64,000 nucleotides of DNA, taken from Flavobacteriaceae bacterium (GTDB taxonomy: Bacteria; Bacteroidota; Bacteroidia; Flavobacteriales_D; Crocinitomicaceae). The stretch is taken from positions 31,747 to 95,746 of the forward strand of contig JBLHPQ010000003.1 in assembly GCA_047624355.1 (NCBI GenBank). The letters are read 5' to 3'. Made by a program: the position numbers and the translations under genes. The notes under the pieces are model-generated. The model was not told the DNA's origin and ran no database searches. It saw nothing but the letters and a program-made list of their open reading frames with translations. Shown here in pieces: positions 27,365-36,293 of this stretch (position 1 is its first letter; each line of letters starts with the position of its first letter).

Positions 27365-27895
27365 ATGAATATAGCCAACAGCCATACATCTAATATTGAT
27401 GATCTATTAAAGGACTTATATACGAAATGGCCTGATGTTAAACTATTAATGAAAAAGATTGGTTGCTCCAATTCTGACGCGGAAGATCTATTCCAAGAAG
27501 CACTTCTCATTTTTATGCGTAAGATGGAAGATCCTACTTTTGAGCTTACAGTAGCACCTTTTCATTATGTGAAAAACACATGTAAGTTGCTTTGGTACAA
27601 TCAAGCACGAAAGGAGAAGAAACTACCTAAGTCAGATTTGCCAGAGGAAGTCGCTCAGCAAGACGACGACTGGTTCCAAAATGAACTTCTTCTACAAAAG
27701 GTCGAAAAAGCGATTTCAGAAATTGGTCAGAAATGTCAAGATCTATTGAAGCTGTTTTATGGATTAGGTCAGAGTATGGTTGATATTGCAAAAAAGCTCG
27801 GTTTTCGAAATGACAATGTTGCCAAGGCACAGAAATATCGCTGTATTAATAAAGTGAAGGACATCCTCCGTTCACAAGAATCTCACTCCATTTAA
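27365..27895 (+). CDS. ECF-type sigma-70 family RNA polymerase sigma factor
   Basis: 176 aa. Region 2-like sequence is DAEDLFQEALLIFMRKM. The region 4 HTH is MVDIAKKLGFRNDNVAKAQKYRCINKV. Confidence 0.8.
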   Translation: MNIANSHTSNIDDLLKDLYTKWPDVKLLMKKIGCSNSDAEDLFQEALLIFMRKMEDPTFELTVAPFHYVKNTCKLLWYNQARKEKKLPKSDLPEEVAQQDDDWFQNELLLQKVEKAISEIGQKCQDLLKLFYGLGQSMVDIAKKLGFRNDNVAKAQKYRCINKVKDILRSQESHSI

Positions 27896-27905
27896 TCCAG
27901 ACGAC

Positions 27906-30272
27906 ATGAACGAGCAAATCACAAAAATTATAGAGCAATACCTATCTAACGAGCTTTCTGCTGAAGATAAAAAGGCATTCGAAAGTCGACTAAAAACGAA
28001 TCCTAAATTACAAACCGAACTTGCTCTGCAAAAGAAGGTTCATGCAGGAGCAAAACGAGCTTCTCAGCGCGTCAAAGTTCAAAAACTTAAGAAAGGTTAC
28101 CACACAAAGAAGTTTCTAAAAAAGGGCGCTATTGTTACACTAATAGCTGCAGCAATTGCTCTAACTGTTTATCTAATCGCGAGTGGAATAACGCCAATCA
28201 CAACTGAACTAAAGGAAAGAATGGACCAAGAAGCGCAGGTCGAGAACCTTGATATTCAATATTTTCAAATTGCCAAAGAAGGAGGTGTTGTACTATCAGC
28301 AGAAGGTGTATTAATCTCTATCCCGAAGAATGCTTTTCTAAAAGATGGAAAGCCATTTACTGGAAAGACCATCCTACAATTTCAAGAAGCAATGGACGCT
28401 TCTGATATCCTCAAAAGTGGATTAAACACAATGTCTGGTGATCGTTTGCTGGAGACACAAGGAATGTTTGGGGTCACTGGTTTTACCGAAGAAGGTGAAG
28501 CTCTTGAACTGAATCCTAAAATAGGCGTTTATGTGCAAGTTCCCGTAGATGATTACAAAGAAGGAATGCAACTCTTTGATGGCGTGAAGGATGCGAATGG
28601 TACTATCGATTGGCAAACCCCTGTTCCTCTGGCAAAAATTCCTGTTACTACTGATATGAGCGAGCTCAATTTCTATCCATCAGAATACGAGCCTTATTTG
28701 GATCGAAAGAAATGGAAAAAAGACAAACCCTCGCGAGATAGTTTGTACTTGAGCTTTGAAGATTGGGGAAGAAGCGAGGTTGCAAGTGAAAGTGAATATA
28801 TTGATGGCGAAGGTTTATTTTGGAGCAAATGTGCTACATGCCATAATATAGATAGAAACGGAACTGGACCAAAATTAAGACATGTGCGCTCTAAGTGGGA
28901 AGAATACAGCACCGTCGAAGGATCCATTTATCAATGGGTTCGTAACTGGATAACAGCAGTAAAAAATGATCCCTACGCAGAGGAAATAGCAAGGCTCAAA
29001 CCAACTGCTTCTGATAATTTTCCGGAACTAAGTAACGCCCAAATTGATGCTATCTTTAATTATATAGACGACAGTCCTGATGCTTCTGAAGCGCTCACCT
29101 CACTTGGTGGCTCCGAACTTGATTCGACTTCGTACTATGATGAAACCTATTATGAAATTGGGCCAAATGCCAATTCAGCAGGAGCAGGAGAGGCTGCGTA
29201 CAATGACTTTGTAAGCCCATCAAAAGTTCTCGGCTTCTGGAAGGATAAATTTAACGAAACCAACCTATCCACACGCGCCTTTGAAAACAGAATGCGCGCT
29301 ATTCATGAAACATGCTCAGATGCAGTACTTGAAAAATATACAGGACAACTTACCAAATCGCTCTCCGCGATTGATAAGCAAGTGGTAGCAATGGGACATC
29401 CTCAATTCCAGCGTTTCGCAGATGAAAACTTAGCAGCCGTTAACCCAAACAATCCACACTTGAAAAACCTACAGACTTTCTATGAGAAAAGCATTTCGCA
29501 ACTCAAGGATAAGGGTCGACGAACACAGAGAAAAGAGCAAAATAAAGAAGAAAAATGGGACAAAAGTGTTGCCAAATCGCGTGATTTAGAAACCAAACGG
29601 AGTGATTACAGAGAGACTCAGGCATTGAAAGAAGAGTACGAGTTCAACATGGCCAGTGTTGAGAAACAAATTGGGCCATCTGTAGGCTTTACCCTATCCC
29701 ATGGAGGTGGAACGGTCGTAAATATTGATGCCTACGTCATGGAAGCAACAATTGCCCGTAAATCTGCGACCATCACAGATCCATTTACAGGAAAAACCGC
29801 TGAGATTGTCTACAATGACTTCAATTTTGAAGTGCCAAACGCAGACAAGTACATTAAGCTCTTTGCTTACGTCTTTCCACACGAATTAAACAGTTATCAA
29901 CGTATCGAAGGAGATCAGGGCAAATTTGATTATCCGCTAAATAATGAAATCATCTACGATATTGCGGTTGTGGGTATCACTGAGGATGGATATGAGTATT
30001 ATCAAAAGCAGAGCTTTAAAAGTGGCGAGCTTGGAGCCATTACGATGAGGCGTGTTTCCGAGGAGAAGCTTGAAGCATCCATTGAACAGTTAAATGGAAA
30101 AAGGATTTCAAAACCCGTGCGAATTAAAGAGGAAGTCAAATGGCTGATGCAAGAACGGAAAGATTATCAGGAACAGAAGAAACGGAAGGATATGAATAGG
30201 TTTAGACGTGAGATCGCCCAATCGCTATTTCCATGTCTTAGAGGTATTGAAAGGTATTACAGTTATAAATAA
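27906..30272 (+). CDS. membrane anti-sigma-like protein with a periplasmic c-type cytochrome domain
   Basis: 788 aa, starting 10 nt after the sigma gene. The short N-terminal cytoplasmic segment (YLSNELSAEDKKAFESRL) is followed by one TM helix (AIVTLIAAAIALTVYLIA). The CxxCH site CATCH is encoded at 28830-28844. Confidence 0.6.
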   Translation: MNEQITKIIEQYLSNELSAEDKKAFESRLKTNPKLQTELALQKKVHAGAKRASQRVKVQKLKKGYHTKKFLKKGAIVTLIAAAIALTVYLIASGITPITTELKERMDQEAQVENLDIQYFQIAKEGGVVLSAEGVLISIPKNAFLKDGKPFTGKTILQFQEAMDASDILKSGLNTMSGDRLLETQGMFGVTGFTEEGEALELNPKIGVYVQVPVDDYKEGMQLFDGVKDANGTIDWQTPVPLAKIPVTTDMSELNFYPSEYEPYLDRKKWKKDKPSRDSLYLSFEDWGRSEVASESEYIDGEGLFWSKCATCHNIDRNGTGPKLRHVRSKWEEYSTVEGSIYQWVRNWITAVKNDPYAEEIARLKPTASDNFPELSNAQIDAIFNYIDDSPDASEALTSLGGSELDSTSYYDETYYEIGPNANSAGAGEAAYNDFVSPSKVLGFWKDKFNETNLSTRAFENRMRAIHETCSDAVLEKYTGQLTKSLSAIDKQVVAMGHPQFQRFADENLAAVNPNNPHLKNLQTFYEKSISQLKDKGRRTQRKEQNKEEKWDKSVAKSRDLETKRSDYRETQALKEEYEFNMASVEKQIGPSVGFTLSHGGGTVVNIDAYVMEATIARKSATITDPFTGKTAEIVYNDFNFEVPNADKYIKLFAYVFPHELNSYQRIEGDQGKFDYPLNNEIIYDIAVVGITEDGYEYYQKQSFKSGELGAITMRRVSEEKLEASIEQLNGKRISKPVRIKEEVKWLMQERKDYQEQKKRKDMNRFRREIAQSLFPCLRGIERYYSYK

Positions 30273-30454
30273 AATAGTCGTCCCTTTTTAATAGAAATTT
30301 CTCTTTGCCGCGAACATTGAAGCAAGAACAAGGCTTTTTATCTCACATCGCGTCTTGAAATACTCATTTATTAGAATTTCATTCCGTTAAAGTATGCAAA
30401 GCAATAGTTGTTGCTCTGGTTATTTGATTATTTTTAATCTTCAACCTATTCAAC

Positions 30455-31582
30455 ATGAAAAAGTTTTACAGTCTTCCAGGCCTTGTTCTTTCGCTGGTGT
30501 TTTTAATCGGATCGTTTGTCCTTATTGATAAATCAGTTGAAGCATCGCATGAATTTAAAGATGAGAAGAATAAAATCTCGGAGATTCTAAACTTCAATGA
30601 TCGCTTGTTGTCCCTGAGAGATTGGGTCTTTAGTGAGTCTGCATGGCAAGAGCGAAAAGTGAAATACGACGCTGTTCTCCTGAAATCTGAGGAGCATTAT
30701 CAGCAAGCAGTAACTTATGGTAATTACATCCTCTTTGCTGCATTGGGGTTCTTCGCTTTGATGCTGGTTCTTTATGCTAAAAAACGCATTTATTTCGGGG
30801 CGACGCTCGGCTTAGCCGTCATTGCAATCGTAATGCTTGTGCAAGGAATAATGAACCCCGTTCTGGAAATGGGCGCATTTGAAGAAGACATGACTTTTCA
30901 AATGTATGTCAAGCCGAGCGACATCCCATATTACGGAGAAGCAATTGAGAAAATTGAAGACTGGGGAGGACTTGCAGACCACATTGAAATCATTCCGTTC
31001 TTTGGAGAATCACTGGCGAGCGCCGCCGGATCTGGAGTTGATGAGCTCACAGATTACATGAAAGATAATGCCGACGAACCTTTTGGTACAGAAGTAGTCT
31101 TCAAAGGGAGAACGTATTTCTATTATCAAAATAAAGGGATCATGGACGTGATTTCTCTGCTCTGGAACAACAATAACAAACCTGTCGCCATGGCCATCGG
31201 GACGTTTAGTGTCATTGTTCCGCTAATAAAATTATTGTTCACCTTGTTTATTTTGCTCTTTCCAGTTACAAACGCAAAACGACTTAGGAAATTCTTGAGT
31301 TTCATCGCTAAATGGAGTATGGCGGATGTATTTGTCGTTTCCCTATTCTTGGCCTACCTGAGTTTTGCGAATATGAGTCCTGGTGTTCAAATGGAATCAA
31401 ATGCGCTGTATGGATTGTACTTCTTTGGAGGCTACGTGCTCATCTCGGTTATTTTGGGAATGATGCTAAACTTGAGTATGAAGGAGAAAGTTAAAATCAT
31501 GGAGGAAGAAGAAGCTTTGGCGCTTGTGCCGATCACTCCAGATGATGATTCATCTGAGCAATTACTGGATCAGGGCGAGTAA
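30455..31582 (+). CDS. PqiA-family (paraquat-inducible protein A-like) integral membrane protein
   Basis: 375 aa and polytopic. The PqiA-like segment is FSVIVPLIKLLFTLFILLF....AKWSMADVFVVSLFLAYL. Confidence 0.65.
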   Translation: MKKFYSLPGLVLSLVFLIGSFVLIDKSVEASHEFKDEKNKISEILNFNDRLLSLRDWVFSESAWQERKVKYDAVLLKSEEHYQQAVTYGNYILFAALGFFALMLVLYAKKRIYFGATLGLAVIAIVMLVQGIMNPVLEMGAFEEDMTFQMYVKPSDIPYYGEAIEKIEDWGGLADHIEIIPFFGESLASAAGSGVDELTDYMKDNADEPFGTEVVFKGRTYFYYQNKGIMDVISLLWNNNNKPVAMAIGTFSVIVPLIKLLFTLFILLFPVTNAKRLRKFLSFIAKWSMADVFVVSLFLAYLSFANMSPGVQMESNALYGLYFFGGYVLISVILGMMLNLSMKEKVKIMEEEEALALVPITPDDDSSEQLLDQGE

Positions 31583-31639
31583 AAGGATGATTAACTGTTT
31601 TCATTCCTAATCGATCGACTGCTACGCAAACACTAATAA

Positions 31640-31976
31640 ATGATTAGAAAGCATACTCCATCAGACTTAAATGACATCATGCTCATTTAGGATAAAGCTT
31701 CCACGATGGCTCATCCCTTTTTAAAGGAATCGTTTGTATAGCAAGTCAAGAAAGACATGCGGGATCTCTATATCCCTGGGTCCAATACATGGCTTTACGA
31801 AAGTAATAATCAAGTGCTTGGTTTTGTTAAGTATGATAGGCAATGAGATAGGAGGACTATTCGTTTTACCCGGTCATCATTCAAAAGGGATCGGAAAGAA
31901 GCTCGTTGATTTCGTAGCGCAAATGCATGAAGCGTTGGAAGTAGAGGTTTTCAAAAAGAACAAATTACTTCGTTAA
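31640..31976 (+). pseudogene. decayed GNAT acetyltransferase gene
   Basis: Reading from the ATG at 31640 gives MIRKHTPSDLNDIMLI*DKAS..SFV*QVKK...VLGFV. There are in-frame TAG stops at 31688-31690 and 31739-31741. A frameshift near 31825-31835 leads into ..IGGLFVLPGHHSKGIGKKLVDF.., and the C-terminus is truncated. Confidence 0.7.
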
Positions 31977-32006
31977 TCAGTTAGTTTGGCAAGAAAAAAG
32001 GGGCGA

Positions 32007-33302
32007 TTACTCTTTAACCCAAGTGGAAATATCGGTATTACTTTCCTGAGTAACGCGCACCAAATAGCTTCCAGCCGCTAGGTTTTCAATAGATCTTGAC
32101 CAATTTCCTTCTACGCTTTGATCAACAATCAGTACTCTTCCTTCCATGGAAATTAGTTCAATTCGACGCGTTCCAATAGTCTCAAATTGAATGGTTATTT
32201 CAGTGCTTCCGGGATTAGGATATACTACAAATCCACTCGAATCTTCCTCCTTCTGTGAAACAAGGCATGTTGGACTAGAACCTGACGTTTCAAAGAGAAC
32301 ACCATTATCAATGTACCAATGCCGCCAAATGCCGCCCGTTCCTGTACTCCAATCTGTGAGGTCGAATGTATTTGAGCCTGTTTGATTTCCCTTCACCTGA
32401 TATACCTTTGCCGCTTCTCCCCCTAAATTCCACGTTAAAGGCATTCCTGGTTGACATTGCTCTGCACCTGTACCGAACACCTCACAATTGACTTGCAAGA
32501 AATAGGCATTGTCGTCGTAGGTTGGGTGACCGCCAAAAACCCTTGCCAGTCCATTCTCGTCAACACAAACAGCCGTATATTCATCACATGCGATTCCCTT
32601 TGCAATAACACCTGTTCCTTGTGACATGCGCACTAGAAAAACCATATGGCGCCCTTTCCGATCTGGATCATCGTAATGTGTATCAGTAATGAGGTTTGTC
32701 ATGTATTCATTTTGTAAAAATGGCGTATTATCCACTGTGACCAATGCATTGTACGGGTTCGCCATTGCAGTAGCAGAAGTAACCGTTCCATTCTCTGCTG
32801 AAAAGTAAGCACTTCCCATAATGGCCATTCCTGCACTCGTACCTCCTATTACTATGTTTCTGTTCGCCAAGCCGTCATTAATAAGACTATCAATTGGCGT
32901 GTTTCTCCAGTATGAGATATAATTCCATTGATCTCCACCAGCAAACCAAATCGCCTCGGCCTCCATAATTCGTTGATGGATGTATGGATCATTTGCCGCA
33001 GATGCGCTATTGAACACAATCGTTTCAACCGAATTTAAAGTAATCCCCAACCCAGAGTACATGTAATCGTTATAGCCATCAGAACCACTTGTTCTTAACA
33101 CCAAAACGTCTCCACCATCGGCACGTTCCAAGAACCACTTCATGGCTTCGTCCTCCTCAGTTGCTCCACCCATTAAACACAATCCACCTGTTGGTGAAGT
33201 AATTAGGTCGTTCGTATTTCCTGTAAAATACGATGTGTGCGTTTGACTTATTCCAACAATGGGTATTCCTATGAGGGCAATTATTAATAAGACTTTATTC
33301 AT
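32007..33302 (-). CDS. S51-family (cyanophycinase-like) peptidase with T9SS C-terminal sorting domain
   Basis: 431 aa with a signal peptide. Motifs AIWFAGGDQWNY and the nucleophile elbow GGTSAGMAIMG are present. The C-terminal sorting domain reads VYPNPGSTEITIQF...GSYLVRV. Confidence 0.75.
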   Translation of the reverse strand: MNKVLLIIALIGIPIVGISQTHTSYFTGNTNDLITSPTGGLCLMGGATEEDEAMKWFLERADGGDVLVLRTSGSDGYNDYMYSGLGITLNSVETIVFNSASAANDPYIHQRIMEAEAIWFAGGDQWNYISYWRNTPIDSLINDGLANRNIVIGGTSAGMAIMGSAYFSAENGTVTSATAMANPYNALVTVDNTPFLQNEYMTNLITDTHYDDPDRKGRHMVFLVRMSQGTGVIAKGIACDEYTAVCVDENGLARVFGGHPTYDDNAYFLQVNCEVFGTGAEQCQPGMPLTWNLGGEAAKVYQVKGNQTGSNTFDLTDWSTGTGGIWRHWYIDNGVLFETSGSSPTCLVSQKEEDSSGFVVYPNPGSTEITIQFETIGTRRIELISMEGRVLIVDQSVEGNWSRSIENLAAGSYLVRVTQESNTDISTWVKE

Positions 33303-33471
33303 TCGTGTCGTTCTTTAAAATCATCCTAAAATAGTGGTTTTAAGCTAGAAACAACTGCTATGAAAGCCGAAATGATTTGTTATTTTTACGTTAACTGGTG
33401 TTTTTTGGCATCCCTTTTGAAAACAAGTGAGATGAAACTAACTGGTAACCAAAACGCAAACAAATCAAGTC

Positions 33472-34695
33472 ATGAAAAAATTACTACTATCGATTACCTT
33501 CTTAAGTATCGTGGGAGCATCATTCAGTCAGACGATTAATGATAATAAAGTCTCATTCCGCTATACCCAATTACCTTATTTTAAGATTAACAACGCGTTT
33601 ACAACCTATGACGTAAAAGTGATTCATGGATATACTCAGGCCAACGCCGATAGTTTAGCCTTATATGAATCAAACAAAGCACTCGCTATGAGCTTGTTTG
33701 AAAGCGCAATGAGCACCTATCAAACGAGCAAGGATTCTGTAGATCGCATTTACCTCCTTGGAATGTCCAAATGGGAGAAGGACGTAAACGCTGGAGTCAC
33801 AGCCGATAATGGACTCGCATTGCCCCAACCAATACAACCGACATATGCACCATTTCCAGCTTTTCCATCTTTGGAGGCACCAAGAATGCATTCTCCTTAC
33901 GATGAGAATAACGTAATTAATGCAACCAATATCGAGGGATACACAAAAGGGCTCGGTGGATTTATTGTGACAGTTAACCTCTTGCCTATTACTGATATCG
34001 TGATCAAAGAATCTAAAAAAGGAGCAGCGGCCACAACAAAATATACCTATACCGCGAATTACAGACTCCCAATTGAATTAACGGTTGAAAGTCCTACGGA
34101 TGGGAAGCTAATTTTTCAGCGCATCGTAGAAGGGGTAAAAAGCTTTAAAATTGGAGAATACGCGAGTAAGTATGATTATCAATTATACATGTTATTGAGC
34201 GAAGACCTGTTCAGAAATAACCTTGAGACCTCAGCCCGTCAAAAGGCCATTGCTGAAACGAATGGTTATTTAAATGATCAAGTAGGGTTCATGATTAAAA
34301 ACCGTAGCGTTGAACTGTATTCGGTAAAGAAATTCAAGAACTACGATTACTCTGATGTAACACAAGCCTATTCGACCTCCGTCGCGGCGCTTCAATTAGT
34401 CGCAGCCGATCGAGATCGAGATGGCGCTATTGACAAGATTGACGAGGCACTTGCACAATGGGCGGAAATAATGACCGAAAGCAATACATTTGATAAGAAG
34501 GCGCGTATTAATGACAAAATTACAGGAATGGTTCAAGTGAACATGGCTGAATTAATGCTCTGGAAAGCAGATTTCGCCAACACCGACTTGAACACAACAC
34601 TTGCGATTAATGGCGGTGGAAAATTCAAGCGTCATGCAAACAGCGTAAAAGGATTTTACGCCGATCAAAAAAAGCGTTGGAACGTACACTATTAA
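33472..34695 (+). CDS. hypothetical secreted protein
   Basis: 407-aa ORF with a signal peptide (..VGASFSQ). No recognisable motif. Confidence 0.55.
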   Translation: MKKLLLSITFLSIVGASFSQTINDNKVSFRYTQLPYFKINNAFTTYDVKVIHGYTQANADSLALYESNKALAMSLFESAMSTYQTSKDSVDRIYLLGMSKWEKDVNAGVTADNGLALPQPIQPTYAPFPAFPSLEAPRMHSPYDENNVINATNIEGYTKGLGGFIVTVNLLPITDIVIKESKKGAAATTKYTYTANYRLPIELTVESPTDGKLIFQRIVEGVKSFKIGEYASKYDYQLYMLLSEDLFRNNLETSARQKAIAETNGYLNDQVGFMIKNRSVELYSVKKFKNYDYSDVTQAYSTSVAALQLVAADRDRDGAIDKIDEALAQWAEIMTESNTFDKKARINDKITGMVQVNMAELMLWKADFANTDLNTTLAINGGGKFKRHANSVKGFYADQKKRWNVHY

Positions 34696-34710
34696 GCGTC
34701 TAAAAGATAA

Positions 34711-35259
34711 ATGAAACAGAATACAGTAGCTAAACCAAAAGCAATCTATTACGAGCAGGCGAGCAATCGTCTGCTTTTTCGCAAAATGACCCTTGAGGAC
34801 CATTCAGCATGGCTTGAATTCTTCGCTGAAGAAGATGATTACCATCGGTTTCTAGGACAGGATCTTACCATTGCCAAAAAGACGCGCGCTAAAATTTGGA
34901 TCGAAAGACAAATCCAACGCATGGATGAAAAGCACTATGGACAACTCGCCATTTTAGAGCAATCATCAGGAAATCTTATTGGGTTGGGAGGAATTATCAT
35001 GCGTGAGATGAACGGCACCATTGAATACGAAGTAACCTATTCGCTTATTCCCCGTTATTGGGGGAAAGGATATGCAACGGAACTGGCTCAACATTTTAGT
35101 GGCTACGCCCGAGAACACTTAGAGATTGACAGCGTTATTTCAATGATTCACCCTGAGAATATAGCTTCGATTAAAGTTGCACAAAGAAACAACATGACCC
35201 TCGACGGAGAATTCTTTATTTTTGGGATGAATCTGGCCGTTTACCGTCAAGTTTTTTAG
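34711..35259 (+). CDS. GNAT-family N-acetyltransferase (RimJ/RimL-like)
   Basis: 182 aa. The motif YWGKGYATELAQ and the overall layout match RimJ/L-type acetyltransferases. Confidence 0.8.
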   Translation: MKQNTVAKPKAIYYEQASNRLLFRKMTLEDHSAWLEFFAEEDDYHRFLGQDLTIAKKTRAKIWIERQIQRMDEKHYGQLAILEQSSGNLIGLGGIIMREMNGTIEYEVTYSLIPRYWGKGYATELAQHFSGYAREHLEIDSVISMIHPENIASIKVAQRNNMTLDGEFFIFGMNLAVYRQVF

Positions 35260-35359
35260 TCCGATACACTAATTTCCAAGCTCCTACAAAATTTAATTTT
35301 TTTAGTCTCGCAATAATGTTTTACTTTTGCGGTTCTATAAAGTACAAAACCAGTTGATT

Positions 35360-35566
35360 ATGAAATTATTTTTGACAGCCGTTCTTTTATCATTCTCTAC
35401 ATTAGGGATGGCAAATGACGCAACGCTTAATACTACCGCAACAACGAACATTGAAGCATTTATTGGTTCAGATAGAGGTAATAAGAAAGCGAGACGCAAA
35501 AAGCGTGCTAACAAAAAGCGTAAGAAAAGATGTGCAAGTGCAGCGCGTCGTAATTTCGCAGGATAA
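35360..35566 (+). CDS. small secreted peptide with a polybasic C-terminus
   Basis: 68 aa from the ATG at 35360. A signal peptide (MKLFLTAVLLSFSTLGMA) is followed by a T/N-rich stretch and then KKARRKKRANKKRKKRCASAARR. A TAnnTTTG-type -7 element (TACTTTTG) lies at 35322-35329. Confidence 0.45.
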   Translation: MKLFLTAVLLSFSTLGMANDATLNTTATTNIEAFIGSDRGNKKARRKKRANKKRKKRCASAARRNFAG

Positions 35567-35730
35567 TCACTCTTTAGCGAACGCAATTAGCGCTTCACGC
35601 ATAAAGAATTTCCGTTTATTTAACGCAATTTAATGAGCTCAGATGCATGAGGCATTTATAATAAGTCCTGATTTTCGTATATCCGTAAATAGACCGATAG
35701 CATCTTTTGAGCAGAATTAATAAGGAGAGA

Positions 35731-36093
35731 TTATGAATTCTTCAACTTAATCAGTTCAATAAGCGCATCCAGCTCAGTTTTGACAACCATCATTGGAGGA
35801 ATTGGTAATTTCTTTCCATAAATATGAACTGTTCTCGACTTTGCATCCACGGTTAGCTCATCTTTCCCAAGCACAATCGTTTTCACTGTGATACCCAGGG
35901 GGTTTTTAATTATTACTTTCTCATCATCGTACACTGCCGCTGGATTGAAAAGATAGAGCACTCCTAGTAAAGTCAAAAGACCACCCGATATTAAAGGAGC
36001 GAGTGTATCTATTCTAAAACCAACATAAATCATAAACCCTCCAACTGCCAATAGAATTAGTGCAGCTCCCTTTTTGTACGTTACTTTTTTCAT
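35731..36093 (-). CDS. hypothetical two-TM membrane protein
   Basis: I prefer the start at MKKVTYKKG (36093). Two hydrophobic helices are followed by a small soluble domain. No recognisable family. Confidence 0.5.
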   Translation of the reverse strand: MKKVTYKKGAALILLAVGGFMIYVGFRIDTLAPLISGGLLTLLGVLYLFNPAAVYDDEKVIIKNPLGITVKTIVLGKDELTVDAKSRTVHIYGKKLPIPPMMVVKTELDALIELIKLKNS

Positions 36094-36293
36094 CACAATT
36101 TCGGTTTTCTTCTTCGAAGTTAGCTTTTCGAAGCAAATTACACGTAACCGCTCTCTATTTAGTCTTCCCCTCGTTGCCATCTTCAAGCCGCTGATAATCC
36201 GATCAAGAGATGGAAATTAATATTTAGCATTATCTCCTAAAGGTGGTGTCGAAACGATTCAAACATTTTATCTTTAGGCTATAAATTTTCTAA

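Noticed and set aside
35335-35586. An 83-aa ORF on the - strand, antisense to the small polybasic peptide gene
   Set aside because: Its Arg/Leu-rich product is the mirror image of the Lys/Arg codons on the + strand. It has no signal peptide and no promoter element. The + strand reading has a signal peptide and a TAnnTTTG element, so it is preferred.
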